Shown piece by piece: positions 45,092 to 56,927 of a stretch of DNA of 64,000 nucleotides. Both the position numbers and the translations under genes were made by a program. The notes beneath the pieces were generated by a model that made no database searches, had not been told where the DNA came from, and worked only from the letters and a program-made list of their open reading frames with translations. Position 1 is the stretch's first letter; each line of letters begins with the position of its first letter. The stretch is from a virus (Duplodnaviria > Caudoviricetes), in the IMG/VR virus record IMGVR_UViG_3300020112_000942, positions 32,001 through 96,000 of that record. One strand, given 5' to 3'.

Positions 45092-45607
45092 TCATTCCTC
45101 CGCAATAAAAGTTTCAACAAAGATTCGTGCTTCCTCTTCGAGTTCAGCGAGGCCGCGGCTATTGTCGATAATAATATCGTATTGATAATTGCTAACATTA
45201 TCATCAGCGTGGTTTCCAAAAATTACAACCTCAACGTCCCCACGCTGAACAAGGATAGTTGTCGCCTGGTAGTCGTCAACAAAACGCTGAATCTCTGCCG
45301 GCTCTCGACAGTCAATAAATACAGCATTTGTTCCGTTGATTTTGTGCCATTCCAATCTCTCTTGCATTTTCTTGTAAGGCACATCATTCCAACGAGTTAA
45401 CGCATCTTTGAGGTCGCTTAAGAATCTTCTGCTCTCTGGAGTTTTTGAACCATCCCATCCAGCTTTCTTCGCATACTGTTTAACCCAATCAATAGTTGAT
45501 TCAATAGCAACTGTTTTACCCTTTTCTTTCGCAATATTCTGCACCATAGTTTCAAATGTTGTCTTTCCGGCGGTGCCTCTGCCGTTTACAATAAAAATTT
45601 TACTCAT
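45092..45607 (-). CDS. P-loop deoxynucleoside monophosphate kinase-like protein
   Basis: GRGTAGKTT, RRFLSDLK, FIDCREP, YDIIIDN. Confidence 0.75.
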   Translation of the reverse strand: MSKIFIVNGRGTAGKTTFETMVQNIAKEKGKTVAIESTIDWVKQYAKKAGWDGSKTPESRRFLSDLKDALTRWNDVPYKKMQERLEWHKINGTNAVFIDCREPAEIQRFVDDYQATTILVQRGDVEVVIFGNHADDNVSNYQYDIIIDNSRGLAELEEEARIFVETFIAEE

Positions 45608-46544
45608 TGTTTTCTTCCTCCTCATCTGTATCCCAGTGGTAATCATCGGGATAGAAATAATTAAATTGTCCTTTTTCATCGGTGGATGGTGTATAGAAAT
45701 TAAGTCTCATTGGTTGATTTCTATAATCAATGTAAGGAGAAAGATTACATTTTAAAAATTCAATATTCTCTTCTGATAAGCCGCTTACATCATAAAGATG
45801 AAGATTACCTTCTTTTGAAGATTCAAGAATAAAATCAAAATACTTTGCATCTTCTTCGCCGAAGAACTCTTTGTTAAGATGTCTTGCGTCAAAGCTAAAG
45901 ACACAAACTGGGACATCATAATCAATATTTGGTAACACTTGTGGTAAATTATCTACTGATAATGGTAATGAAAAGAACTTATTCCATTCATCAATTGTAA
46001 ACCAGTCGCTTAACTTAACTCTCTTATCAAGCGATTCAGCAAATGCGACTTGAAGCCAATAACTTTGAGTCACTCTGAATGTATCAGGCACAAATCTTTC
46101 GAGTGGATTTGCAATTTCAATAAATTCCTTAGAGAGTTGAGCAAGGTTAATTACATTACAAATAGGATGAAAACCTGTAATTAGGATGGCTTTCTTAGCT
46201 TTCTTAGCCTTATGGTATGTAATGGTTTTTACTCTGTTAAAAAATTGTTTCTCTTCTGAGGTTTTGGGAGTTCCCATGAGGCGTATGTCAAGATTTCTCT
46301 TTACAATGCCACCGCAATTAGCAACAATAATATATGATAATGCAGAATAAATGTCATTATCATATTTAATTATAAATGTATAATTGCTCTTTAATTCTTT
46401 TGAATATTTAGAGCAAAATCGACCCATAGCTTTTGTAATTAAAAGGTCGGCATCTCTATCCTTGTCTTCAATGACAGGACCATCGAGATTAAAATGATTT
46501 ATTACTCGCAATGCGAGCATATCGTTCTTGGTCATGTGCATCAC
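45600..46544 (-). CDS. Hypothetical protein
   Basis: 314-aa ORF directly after the promoter and RBS AGGAG. Confidence 0.65.
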   Translation of the reverse strand: MMHMTKNDMLALRVINHFNLDGPVIEDKDRDADLLITKAMGRFCSKYSKELKSNYTFIIKYDNDIYSALSYIIVANCGGIVKRNLDIRLMGTPKTSEEKQFFNRVKTITYHKAKKAKKAILITGFHPICNVINLAQLSKEFIEIANPLERFVPDTFRVTQSYWLQVAFAESLDKRVKLSDWFTIDEWNKFFSLPLSVDNLPQVLPNIDYDVPVCVFSFDARHLNKEFFGEEDAKYFDFILESSKEGNLHLYDVSGLSEENIEFLKCNLSPYIDYRNQPMRLNFYTPSTDEKGQFNYFYPDDYHWDTDEEEENNE

Positions 46545-46567
46545 ACTCCTTTTCTTTTGATACTTTA

Positions 46568-46651
46568 ATTATATCATAGAAAGTTAGAAAAGTCAAGATT
46601 TTAGCAGAATTGATAAAACTGCTTGACTTAGCAGAAGAGAAATGCTATAAT
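46568..46651. promoter_or_regulatory. Back-to-back divergent sigmaA promoters at the strand switch
   Basis: (-) TTGACT 46596-46591, TATAAT 46573-46568; (+) TTGACT 46623-46628, TATAAT 46646-46651. Confidence 0.88.
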
Positions 46652-46668
46652 AATAATAGGAGATGACA

Positions 46669-46923
46669 ATGATGAAAACGAGATATTACTTAAAGGAAAA
46701 CTTACTTGAAAGAAATGCTATGAACTTTGTTGATGTAGTAGCAGATATGAAGTCTACCATTTCTTTCTATAGAGATAATGAGCGTAGAGTTAATGGTAAA
46801 TCCAGAATTGGAATTTTATCAGGACGCTTTATGTAGGGAGAGACCATTAATATTGAAGTGGAATCTTCTGAGGACATGAGTAGAGTAAAGGAGATATTAA
46901 ATACAATCGGAACTGAAGTATAA
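46669..46923 (+). CDS. HPr/Crh-like protein lacking His15 (84 aa, one TAG)
   Basis: LLERNAMNFV (cf. IHARPA), VNGKSRIGILS (cf. VNLKSIMGVMS), GETINI; TAG 46834; absent from the ORF track. Confidence 0.75.
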
Positions 46924-46944
46924 GTTCCCAAGGAGGCGATTTGA

Positions 46945-47232
46945 ATGGATTATCGTATGTATTCCGGCGGCGCAGAAGCTGGAGAAAATGTCGTTACTCT
47001 TATTAGAAATGAACTCTATAAGGATAGCGGCTTGAAAATCAAGGCTCCTTTGAAATTTGTTGGTTTTGAAGGAACAGCGGGCACAGAGTTTACACTCAAC
47101 AATCAGGCACAGAAAATGGCTATCCCCTCAACAGGACATTTCGTAACACCTTATAACGGTCAGCAATACTGTCAGGTTTACAGTCTTGTGTTTGACTCAG
47201 CATTTTTTGGCAACATTTATTATATTGTATAA
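46945..47232 (+). CDS. Hypothetical protein (probably virion-associated)
   Basis: RBS AGGAGG; precedes the collagen fibre gene. Confidence 0.6.
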   Translation: MDYRMYSGGAEAGENVVTLIRNELYKDSGLKIKAPLKFVGFEGTAGTEFTLNNQAQKMAIPSTGHFVTPYNGQQYCQVYSLVFDSAFFGNIYYIV

Positions 47233-47245
47233 GGAGGGGATATGA

Positions 47246-49726
<2,481 letters not shown>

Positions 49727-49739
49727 TGGAGGTGATTTG

Positions 49740-50390
49740 ATGTCAGGATTATTACACCTCCCATCTGGTATTGGTAGAGCGGCCGTATTAGACCAGATTC
49801 CTGAGATTCCAATTCCAGGACAAGATACTTCTGTTGATGATATCTTAGCTACTCTTGGTCAATACACGTGGGTTGCACTTCCAGATGGACAGATTAAAAC
49901 TGTTTCTACAATCTGGGACGAAACAGTTGACTGGAAGAAATCTCCTCAGCTTGGTGATATGTGTATTATCAACCAAGTAAAACATAATGGACTTAACTTT
50001 CAGCCAACTATGGATGATGTTATTACAGTTAAGTTTATGTATATGGATAGAGTGTTGAATTTTAATTCAAAAAGACTTATCACTCAGGTTAGAATGTCTG
50101 AGTCTGGCTGGACTACAACAAAAATTACTTTTTACTTTATTCCATATGAATCAAATCAAACATTAAACTCTGTTATTAACAAACTTAAGGCACACATTGA
50201 AGGAGCAAAAGACCCCTCAATTATTGAAATAAATTATCAGCACAGCGGTAGCGATGCAACTAATGATGAAGTTGGTACTATTGTTAGTGAGCTTCCAAAT
50301 ACAGGTAAGTATATGGTTGGAATGAGCGTTGAACCAAGCCAAGTAAATGCTTGTCCTTCTATATATGAATTAAATTTCAGAACTTATTGA
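49740..50390 (+). CDS. Hypothetical protein
   Basis: RBS GGAGGTG before ATG 49740; stop TGA; no TAG. Confidence 0.65.
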   Translation: MSGLLHLPSGIGRAAVLDQIPEIPIPGQDTSVDDILATLGQYTWVALPDGQIKTVSTIWDETVDWKKSPQLGDMCIINQVKHNGLNFQPTMDDVITVKFMYMDRVLNFNSKRLITQVRMSESGWTTTKITFYFIPYESNQTLNSVINKLKAHIEGAKDPSIIEINYQHSGSDATNDEVGTIVSELPNTGKYMVGMSVEPSQVNACPSIYELNFRTY

Positions 50391-50396
50391 TTCATC

Positions 50397-50447
50397 GAGC
50401 CGTCGCTTAGTCGGCGGCTTGACTTTTTATAAAAAATTTGTTATAAT
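50397..50447 (+). promoter_or_regulatory. Terminator hairpin fused to a sigmaA promoter
   Basis: AGCCGTCG-loop-CGGCGGCT running into TTGACT(50419)-17-TATAAT(50442). Confidence 0.8.
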
Positions 50448-50462
50448 AGAGGTGAAGAATAA

Positions 50463-50735
50463 ATGGGAAGTTATGTAAAACGTCCTTATGAAGCTACCGC
50501 CCAAGAGCGTCAGATAAGCGAAAATAAGGGTGATACTCCTATTCTTTATGAAAATCTTGGCAAAGACACGATAAAGGCCAGTGCCTCTGTTAGGATTATA
50601 GTTGGAACGAAGTATGTTGATATTGATGAGGAAACTTCAAAAGATATTAAGATTCTCGGTCCAAATTTTCAATCAAATGATGGATATTTTATCATATCGA
50701 ATGATAATAAAATATTAAGCATAAAGGAGGGATAA
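50463..50735 (+). CDS. Hypothetical protein
   Basis: RBS GAGGTG; first gene after the promoter. Confidence 0.6.
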   Translation: MGSYVKRPYEATAQERQISENKGDTPILYENLGKDTIKASASVRIIVGTKYVDIDEETSKDIKILGPNFQSNDGYFIISNDNKILSIKEG

Positions 50736-50737
50736 GA

Positions 50738-53700
50738 ATGGCAGATGAGCAGATTAAGTCAAGTCCTGCTGACCACTATTTTGAACCGGATGGTTTAAAC
50801 GCCAATGCAGAGAATATTAGTCATGTGTTAAATGATTTGACAGATATTGTGGCAGATGGCACTCCAGAAGAGGGTGTTGATACTGTTAAATGGAATGGCG
50901 AAAAATTTATTCTTGGAGAAGGCGGCGGAGACATTGATGCAGATGAAAAACAAGCCTTGATGGGCGATGGAGAAGGTGGTGCGAGAGGAGCGTCAGCCGG
51001 CAAAGCATCCTATATGAAAACAGGTAGACCAGATTCGAGTTTAGGTTATCCTGGTTTTTATTATAACGGAATTAATTTTGGATATTAGCTTGCTATTCCA
51101 GGTACTACTGACGGTGCCACAACTCAAAAGTTAACTTCTAACCCTTTGCTTAAAATGCAAGACGACGGAAAAACTGAAATACCACACCATCAGTTGACAC
51201 TTGGAGATGCTGCAAATGTCGATTTCAGTGGTAATTCTTTGGTTGGCATTAGTGGTCAAGACGTTCGTTTTACAATGCATGATAATGCAAAAATGGATTT
51301 AACTGGTGGAGTAAATAGACCAAATGCTGGCCCCGAAGTAATTGCACACGGAAATGCAAAAATCTATATTCAAGACGGATTTTATTATTATGATAGTAAA
51401 AATAAAACAATTCCAGAAAATTATATAGAAATAGGGGGAAGTCAATTAATTTTTACTATTACAAGAAGATGTACGAGTGCACAAAAAGCAATATATGAAG
51501 ACCAAAGTATATGGAGTCAGCCTGGTGCTATTAATGAATTTTTTAATATCGGAAAAGATTCACATCCATATCCATACGCATCAGAAGTAGAACTATTATC
51601 TGCTATGTATATTGATGGTACTAAAGATTATAGACAGCAATTAAAAAAACAAGCACTTAACGTAGATAAAAATATTGTTGGACATTATACTATCGGAGAC
51701 AGGCCATGGCTCATGGTCACAACCCAAAATTCCAATTTTGAATATAATATTGAAAACTTTTTCAATCAAACGGAAACCCTTGTGCACTATACCGGTAAAA
51801 CACAAATATCATCATATAGCTCAGATTTTAAAGTAACGGTAGTTTTTGTAAATAATGCGCCAATATATTTAAAACCTAAAGATGGAAGTGTAACTTATTA
51901 CCCAAATAGAGTATTCAGAAATAAATCTGAAGAATATAATAATCAACAAGGACCTCTTGTCGCCCTAAAAGACTCACCAAAGGTTGTCATTGAAGACGCA
52001 GCAGAGTTGTTTATGGGAGAAACATCAACGCTTTTGATGCAAAATAATAGCGAGATGATAATGGATGGTCAAGGCTGTAAATTGCACGTCCATAATGATT
52101 TTATCGGTATATTGAATTATGGACAATTATTATTTAACGAACCTTCTATTAAAGAATATGATACTAACGGAAGATTGAGTGTTCCACAATTCATAATGGA
52201 TGGTGGTAGAATTCATATCAGTGATGGTAGCGATAGTCCAATAAAATATAATATTGGAACACGTAATGATACAGATAAGCCAGCAACATTACTTGTCTAT
52301 GGACACAGCCGACTTTCAACACATGATTATAGTATTATTAGTACTTATGACTCTTCTCACTTTGAAATGTGTGGAACTTCTGATATTACAATGCATGACA
52401 ATAGCAGAATTTACATGAGTGATTATGCAATGATATCAATGGATGGTATTAAAGGACAATTGTCTCCTGCGATTTGGATGAATTAGCATCAAATTAAGAT
52501 GGGTATTTTTGCAAATAATCGCTTAGGAAATTCAACTGGTAATACAGATATGTATTATAAAAGACCTGCTCCGATGGATTAGAGCTTTATCAATGGACTA
52601 AGAAAAGGCACATCAATTACTGAAGAAGAATACAAGAAGATTTAGTCCTTCTTGAGCGATAGCGGAGGATTTGATAGTAGCCTTCCAATAAAGCAAGACA
52701 GATTTGATACAGAGGTTGAATTAAAAGCGGTATCAAATTGTTATTCATCAATGAGTTATATAGACCCAACAGATATAGATTCCAGTATAATTCAAGAAAT
52801 ACCCAGTTATTATATGGAATTATATTATATTTTTAATCCATCAAAAGATATGACTGACTATGTTAATTCATATCCAACCAATGAAAAAAATGTTTATGGT
52901 ATACCATCATCTACATATGGTGCATTACCATCTGAGCAGCAATCATATTTTAAACCAGTTTACAAAGTAAAGTATATTTCGAGTGTTAACGACATTTTAA
53001 AAAAATACAATAAACAAGATGCTATGAAACAAATGCTTATTGGAACATCCAATCTAGAAAGCAAAAGGATACTATCCACTTTTTTGGATAATCATTATAA
53101 TAAATGGAAATATTACAAAGATAACTATGGAAATAAGTTTTATGTATATCTAATGGAGATTGGCAGTTTTGAGGCAGATGTTTATCGCAGTTAGTATCAA
53201 GGAAATATGATGTTTTATAAAAACATTACAGAAAATGGCAATGAATATATTTTACAATGTGATTTATCCAAACTACTAAACGCAAGAAATGATTTAATTA
53301 AACACGCTCCTTTTGCGGTATTAGAGGGAGGAACATCAATTCAAATTGGTAGCGATGGACAGGGTATTATCATGATAGAGCCAGGAACTGATGAGAAACT
53401 TGGTATTTATGTCATGAATAATTCTTTTATTCAAACAACAGGTAATTCTCATATTGAGTCACATGGTGCAGATGTTATTTTAAGAGACGTTAATAATAAA
53501 GCTCCATGGTTAGATTAGTATGACCAAGGATGGCTTGGAGAACATTGGCGAAGAGATAAGGATGTTAAGACCAACGCTCCTCAATTATAGTTTTATGATA
53601 ATTGTAAGATAAGAATGAGGGGTGTTTGGGAAGAAGAATATCCAGAAAGTCTACCAGCGTTTACTATAACAGAAGACACAGGACTCTCTTTAAATACACC

Positions 53701-54079
53701 TACGGCATATGTTAATCTTACAGATGAACAACAAAAGATATTTACAGATGTAATTGAATCAGAAAAATCAGAACAAATAAAACAAGGTAGAAGATTTAAT
53801 ATAAAAAGTGTTAATAGGATTAGACAAAATTCTTATATTATTTAGATTACCGAAAGCACCCCAGAAGATTTTAATATGCATTTAACAAAAAATGAAAATC
53901 AACCATTGGTAGAAATCATTGAAAATGCAGAAATTCGTCAGCACGGTGATACAAAATTCATTCTTGTTGAAAAAGAGACAGAAATTGATGAAGTAACTTA
54001 TAAAGCAGGTCTTACTATTAAGATTGGTGATGAGCAAGTAACATTAACAATGGCAAAGTTAAAAGAATTATTTGAATAA
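50738..54079 (+). CDS. Large beta-helix-like structural protein, about 1113 aa with about 8 TAG
   Basis: Same-frame track ORFs join through TAG to TAA 54077; 8-residue repeats (TMHDNAKM, LMQNNSEM, TMHDNSRI). Confidence 0.7.
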
Positions 54080-54097
54080 TATAAAGGAGGGATTGGC

Positions 54098-55201
54098 ATG
54101 GAAGGATTCTATGGCGGCAGTGATGGTGGAGGATTCTTCCCTTCCCACTTCGCTCCATCTTCCACAATCGGATACACAGATGGCGTACCATTTTTTTGGG
54201 CGGGAAAGGAGGAAATTAAAATGACAGAGGATAAGAAGATTTGTGGCTATAACTATGGCTATATGGCAAATCGTAGTGAGTATCGAAACCCAAAAGCAAT
54301 TCAATCTCAAAACAAACTTTTTGCTCTTGGTTTAAACTGGGTATGTCTACCTGTTGTAAACTATCAAGACAAATACTATTCAACAAATATCTATGCAGAC
54401 CACTTGGCAACCCCAACAGACAGAGATGTGGCGGCATTTATTGAATCAGCCCATAGTCGTGGTGTGCATGTTTGTTTGAAACCTTTACTTGAAAGTAAAG
54501 ACCATATGTGGAGAGCACACATCGGTTTCCCAGATTTGAATATGCAGGATATGGATATGTACTGGGAAAAGTGGTTTATTAGTTATAAGAACTTTATTCT
54601 TCACTATGCAGAACTTGCACAGGAACTTAAAGTTGAAATGCTTTGTATCGGCTGTGAAATGCTTGGTACTGAGCATAGAAAGTATGACTGGTTATTCCTT
54701 ATTGGAGAAATCCGTAAGGTGTATAAAGGTAAACTCGTCTACAACACAAACCACGACCATGAGGATGATCAAGAGTGGTTTGACGTACTTGACTACATCG
54801 GAACTTCTGCTTATTATCCAGTCGGCGGCACAGACAGAACTTATGAGACAATGGTTAAGAATTGGACAGAAGTAAAGTATCGTCTCGATGCTATTGCAAA
54901 GGATAGAGGAAAGAAATTCATCTTTATGGAAATCGGCTGCCGCTCTGTTGAAGGTGCGACAGAACATCCTTGGGACTTCACAGAAGAGTTGCCTTGGAGT
55001 GAAGAGGAACAAGCAAACTTCTATAAGTCTTGTTTTGAAGTATTTATGGATGACCCATATTTCGCCGGCGTATTCTGGTGGGATTGGCCTACATTTATTT
55101 ACAATACTCGTGAAGAAGCAGAACAGAACAAGGACTTTGCAATTCATTTAAAGAAAGCAGAGGAAGTTGTTAAAGAGTATTACTCAAAGTATAGCAACTA
55201 A
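54098..55201 (+). CDS. GH113-like glycoside hydrolase (beta-mannanase family); second start at 54221
   Basis: LGLNWV, VCLKP, WRAHI, CIGCEM (acid/base Glu), SAYYP, FMEIGCRS (nucleophile Glu), FAGVFWWDW; no TAG. Confidence 0.8.
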   Translation: MEGFYGGSDGGGFFPSHFAPSSTIGYTDGVPFFWAGKEEIKMTEDKKICGYNYGYMANRSEYRNPKAIQSQNKLFALGLNWVCLPVVNYQDKYYSTNIYADHLATPTDRDVAAFIESAHSRGVHVCLKPLLESKDHMWRAHIGFPDLNMQDMDMYWEKWFISYKNFILHYAELAQELKVEMLCIGCEMLGTEHRKYDWLFLIGEIRKVYKGKLVYNTNHDHEDDQEWFDVLDYIGTSAYYPVGGTDRTYETMVKNWTEVKYRLDAIAKDRGKKFIFMEIGCRSVEGATEHPWDFTEELPWSEEEQANFYKSCFEVFMDDPYFAGVFWWDWPTFIYNTREEAEQNKDFAIHLKKAEEVVKEYYSKYSN

Positions 55202-55205
55202 ATCC

Positions 55206-55241
55206 TTATAGTAACAATTAAAGAAATCTACATAAATAGAG
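55206..55241 (+). promoter_or_regulatory. Candidate phage-specific bipartite promoter, copy 4 (lysis cassette)
   Basis: TTATA-N19-ACATAAATAGAG, overlapping hairpin AAATAGAGAG..CTCTCTATTT. Confidence 0.45.
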
Positions 55242-55286
55242 AGGAAAGATATTTTTCTCTCTATTTTTTATTATGAGGTGATTAAA

Positions 55287-55448
55287 ATGACAGAAGATAA
55301 GAAAAAGGAAATCCTTAAGGCTTGTCATTATGGATATACCCACGATGTAATCGCATCCATTTGCGGTATTACAGAGGATGAAGTCCGTAAGGTCATCGAA
55401 GAAAACCCCGATTATATGAAAGAATTGGAGGCGAGAAAGTATGACTAA
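55287..55448 (+). CDS. Small HTH-like protein preceding the endolysin (53 aa)
   Basis: RBS GAGGTG; MTEDKKKEILKACHYGYTHDVIASICGITEDEV; overlaps the lysin start. Confidence 0.7.
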   Translation: MTEDKKKEILKACHYGYTHDVIASICGITEDEVRKVIEENPDYMKELEARKYD

Positions 55449-56562
55449 AGGTATTGACGTTTCTGTTTGGAATGGAAACATAGATTGGAGCAAGGCGGCG
55501 AAGGAAGTAGATTTCGCAATTCTAAGAGCTGGCTTTGGTAAAGTAATGACTCAGAAGGATGGTAAGTTCGAGGCTAATTACAGCGGCTGTAAAGCAAATG
55601 GCGTAAAGGTTGGTATCTATTGGTACAGCTACGCAAAGACTGTTGACGAGGCAAAGATTGAAGCAAGAACTTGTCTTGCAGTACTCGGCGGTAAGAAACT
55701 TGATATGCCTATCTGGTATGACATTGAGGAGAACTCAACATTTGCAACTGGTAAAGCAAACGTTTCTGCAATTGCAGATGCTTTCTTAACTATCATTGCG
55801 GCTGCAGGATATAAAGTTGGTATCTATTCTTCCTATTCTGCTTTCCAAACTTATTACACAGATGAAATGAAAAACAAATATGACATATGGCTCGCTCATG
55901 TCGGTAATGGCGGTGCACCACTTACACAAACATCATATCCAGGAAAGAAGGATATGTGGCAGTATTCTTGGAAAGGAAGAGTAGCTGGTATTAATGGTGA
56001 CGTTGATATGGATTACTGCTATAAGGATTATTGGACAGCAGAGAAACCAGTTGAGCCTGCTAAGCCAGTAGAACCTGCTAAGCCAGTAGAGCCTGCTAAG
56101 CCAGTAACTCCTGCACCAGCAGAGACAAAAACAGACATTGATGTTATCTACGGTTCATTCATTGGTCGTTGGCTCGGTGAAATCAAGAACTGCAATGACA
56201 CCAACTCAAATGGATATTCTGGTATTGAGAATACTCCTATTAGTGGCTTTACAGCTTATGCGTCTAAGGGTACTCTTAAATATCGTGTCCATGTTCGTGG
56301 CGGCAAGTGGCTTGGTTGGATGGAAAAGTCCAATAGAAATGACTGGTCACACGGTATTGCAGGCATTAAAGGAAGAGCTATTGATGGTCTTCAGATGGAA
56401 CTTGTCGGTGCTCCAGGATATAAGGTGCAGTATAGAGTTTCTGTTGTAGGAAACAGTGCATATCTCCCATGGGTAAGTAATTGGGATAATTCAAATAACG
56501 GCTATGCTGGTATCTACGGAACTTTAATCGACAAGATTCAGGTTAAAATCGTAAAGGCATAA
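55441..56562 (+). CDS. GH25 muramidase endolysin with Pro linker and Trp-rich cell-wall-binding repeats
   Basis: GIDVSVWNG, ILRAG, WYDIEE, WQYS..G..GDVDMD; no TAG. Confidence 0.92.
   Translation: MTKGIDVSVWNGNIDWSKAAKEVDFAILRAGFGKVMTQKDGKFEANYSGCKANGVKVGIYWYSYAKTVDEAKIEARTCLAVLGGKKLDMPIWYDIEENSTFATGKANVSAIADAFLTIIAAAGYKVGIYSSYSAFQTYYTDEMKNKYDIWLAHVGNGGAPLTQTSYPGKKDMWQYSWKGRVAGINGDVDMDYCYKDYWTAEKPVEPAKPVEPAKPVEPAKPVTPAPAETKTDIDVIYGSFIGRWLGEIKNCNDTNSNGYSGIENTPISGFTAYASKGTLKYRVHVRGGKWLGWMEKSNRNDWSHGIAGIKGRAIDGLQMELVGAPGYKVQYRVSVVGNSAYLPWVSNWDNSNNGYAGIYGTLIDKIQVKIVKA
56044..56106 (+). repeat. 18-bp tandem repeat (KPVEPA, about 3.5 copies) in the lysin linker
   Basis: AAGCCAGTAGAGCCTGCT-like units. 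Confidence 0.85.
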
Positions 56563-56570
56563 TTTATTAC

Positions 56571-56606
56571 GCCGCCATTCGATTGACGGGTGGCGGCACA
56601 TTTTTT
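56571..56606 (+). terminator. Intrinsic terminator
   Basis: GCCGCCATTCG-loop-CGGGTGGCGGC followed by a T tract. Confidence 0.65.
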
Positions 56607-56621
56607 AAGTGAGGTGATAAT

Positions 56622-56927
56622 ATGGAAGTATTGTTACAACTTGTTGGAGCTTCTCCACTTGGTATCATTGTGGTTATGGCAGTGATTGTTTCAGTAATTA
56701 CTCAGGTGTTGAAGAATATCCTACCAGAGAAACTTCGTACAAGAGTGCTTGTATTGTTTGTTTCTATCTTTGTTGTATTTGGATATTCATTTGCTACACT
56801 ACCAATAACAGCTATGATGATTTTCAATAGTATTTGCTCCTCATTCATAGTTGCTTTCATCTCTATGTTCGGATTTGATTCATTGAAGGACGTTATTAAG
56901 AGATGCGGAGGTGGAAAGAGTGAGTAA
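56622..56927 (+). CDS. Holin-like protein (3 TM)
   Basis: Hydrophobic segments with VSVITQVLK and FISMFGFDSLK; follows the lysin. Confidence 0.75.
   Translation: MEVLLQLVGASPLGIIVVMAVIVSVITQVLKNILPEKLRTRVLVLFVSIFVVFGYSFATLPITAMMIFNSICSSFIVAFISMFGFDSLKDVIKRCGGGKSE

Noticed and set aside
45600-46544. Possible degenerate NAD synthetase-like fold
   Set aside because: Only faint resemblance and no SGGxDS motif; left as hypothetical.
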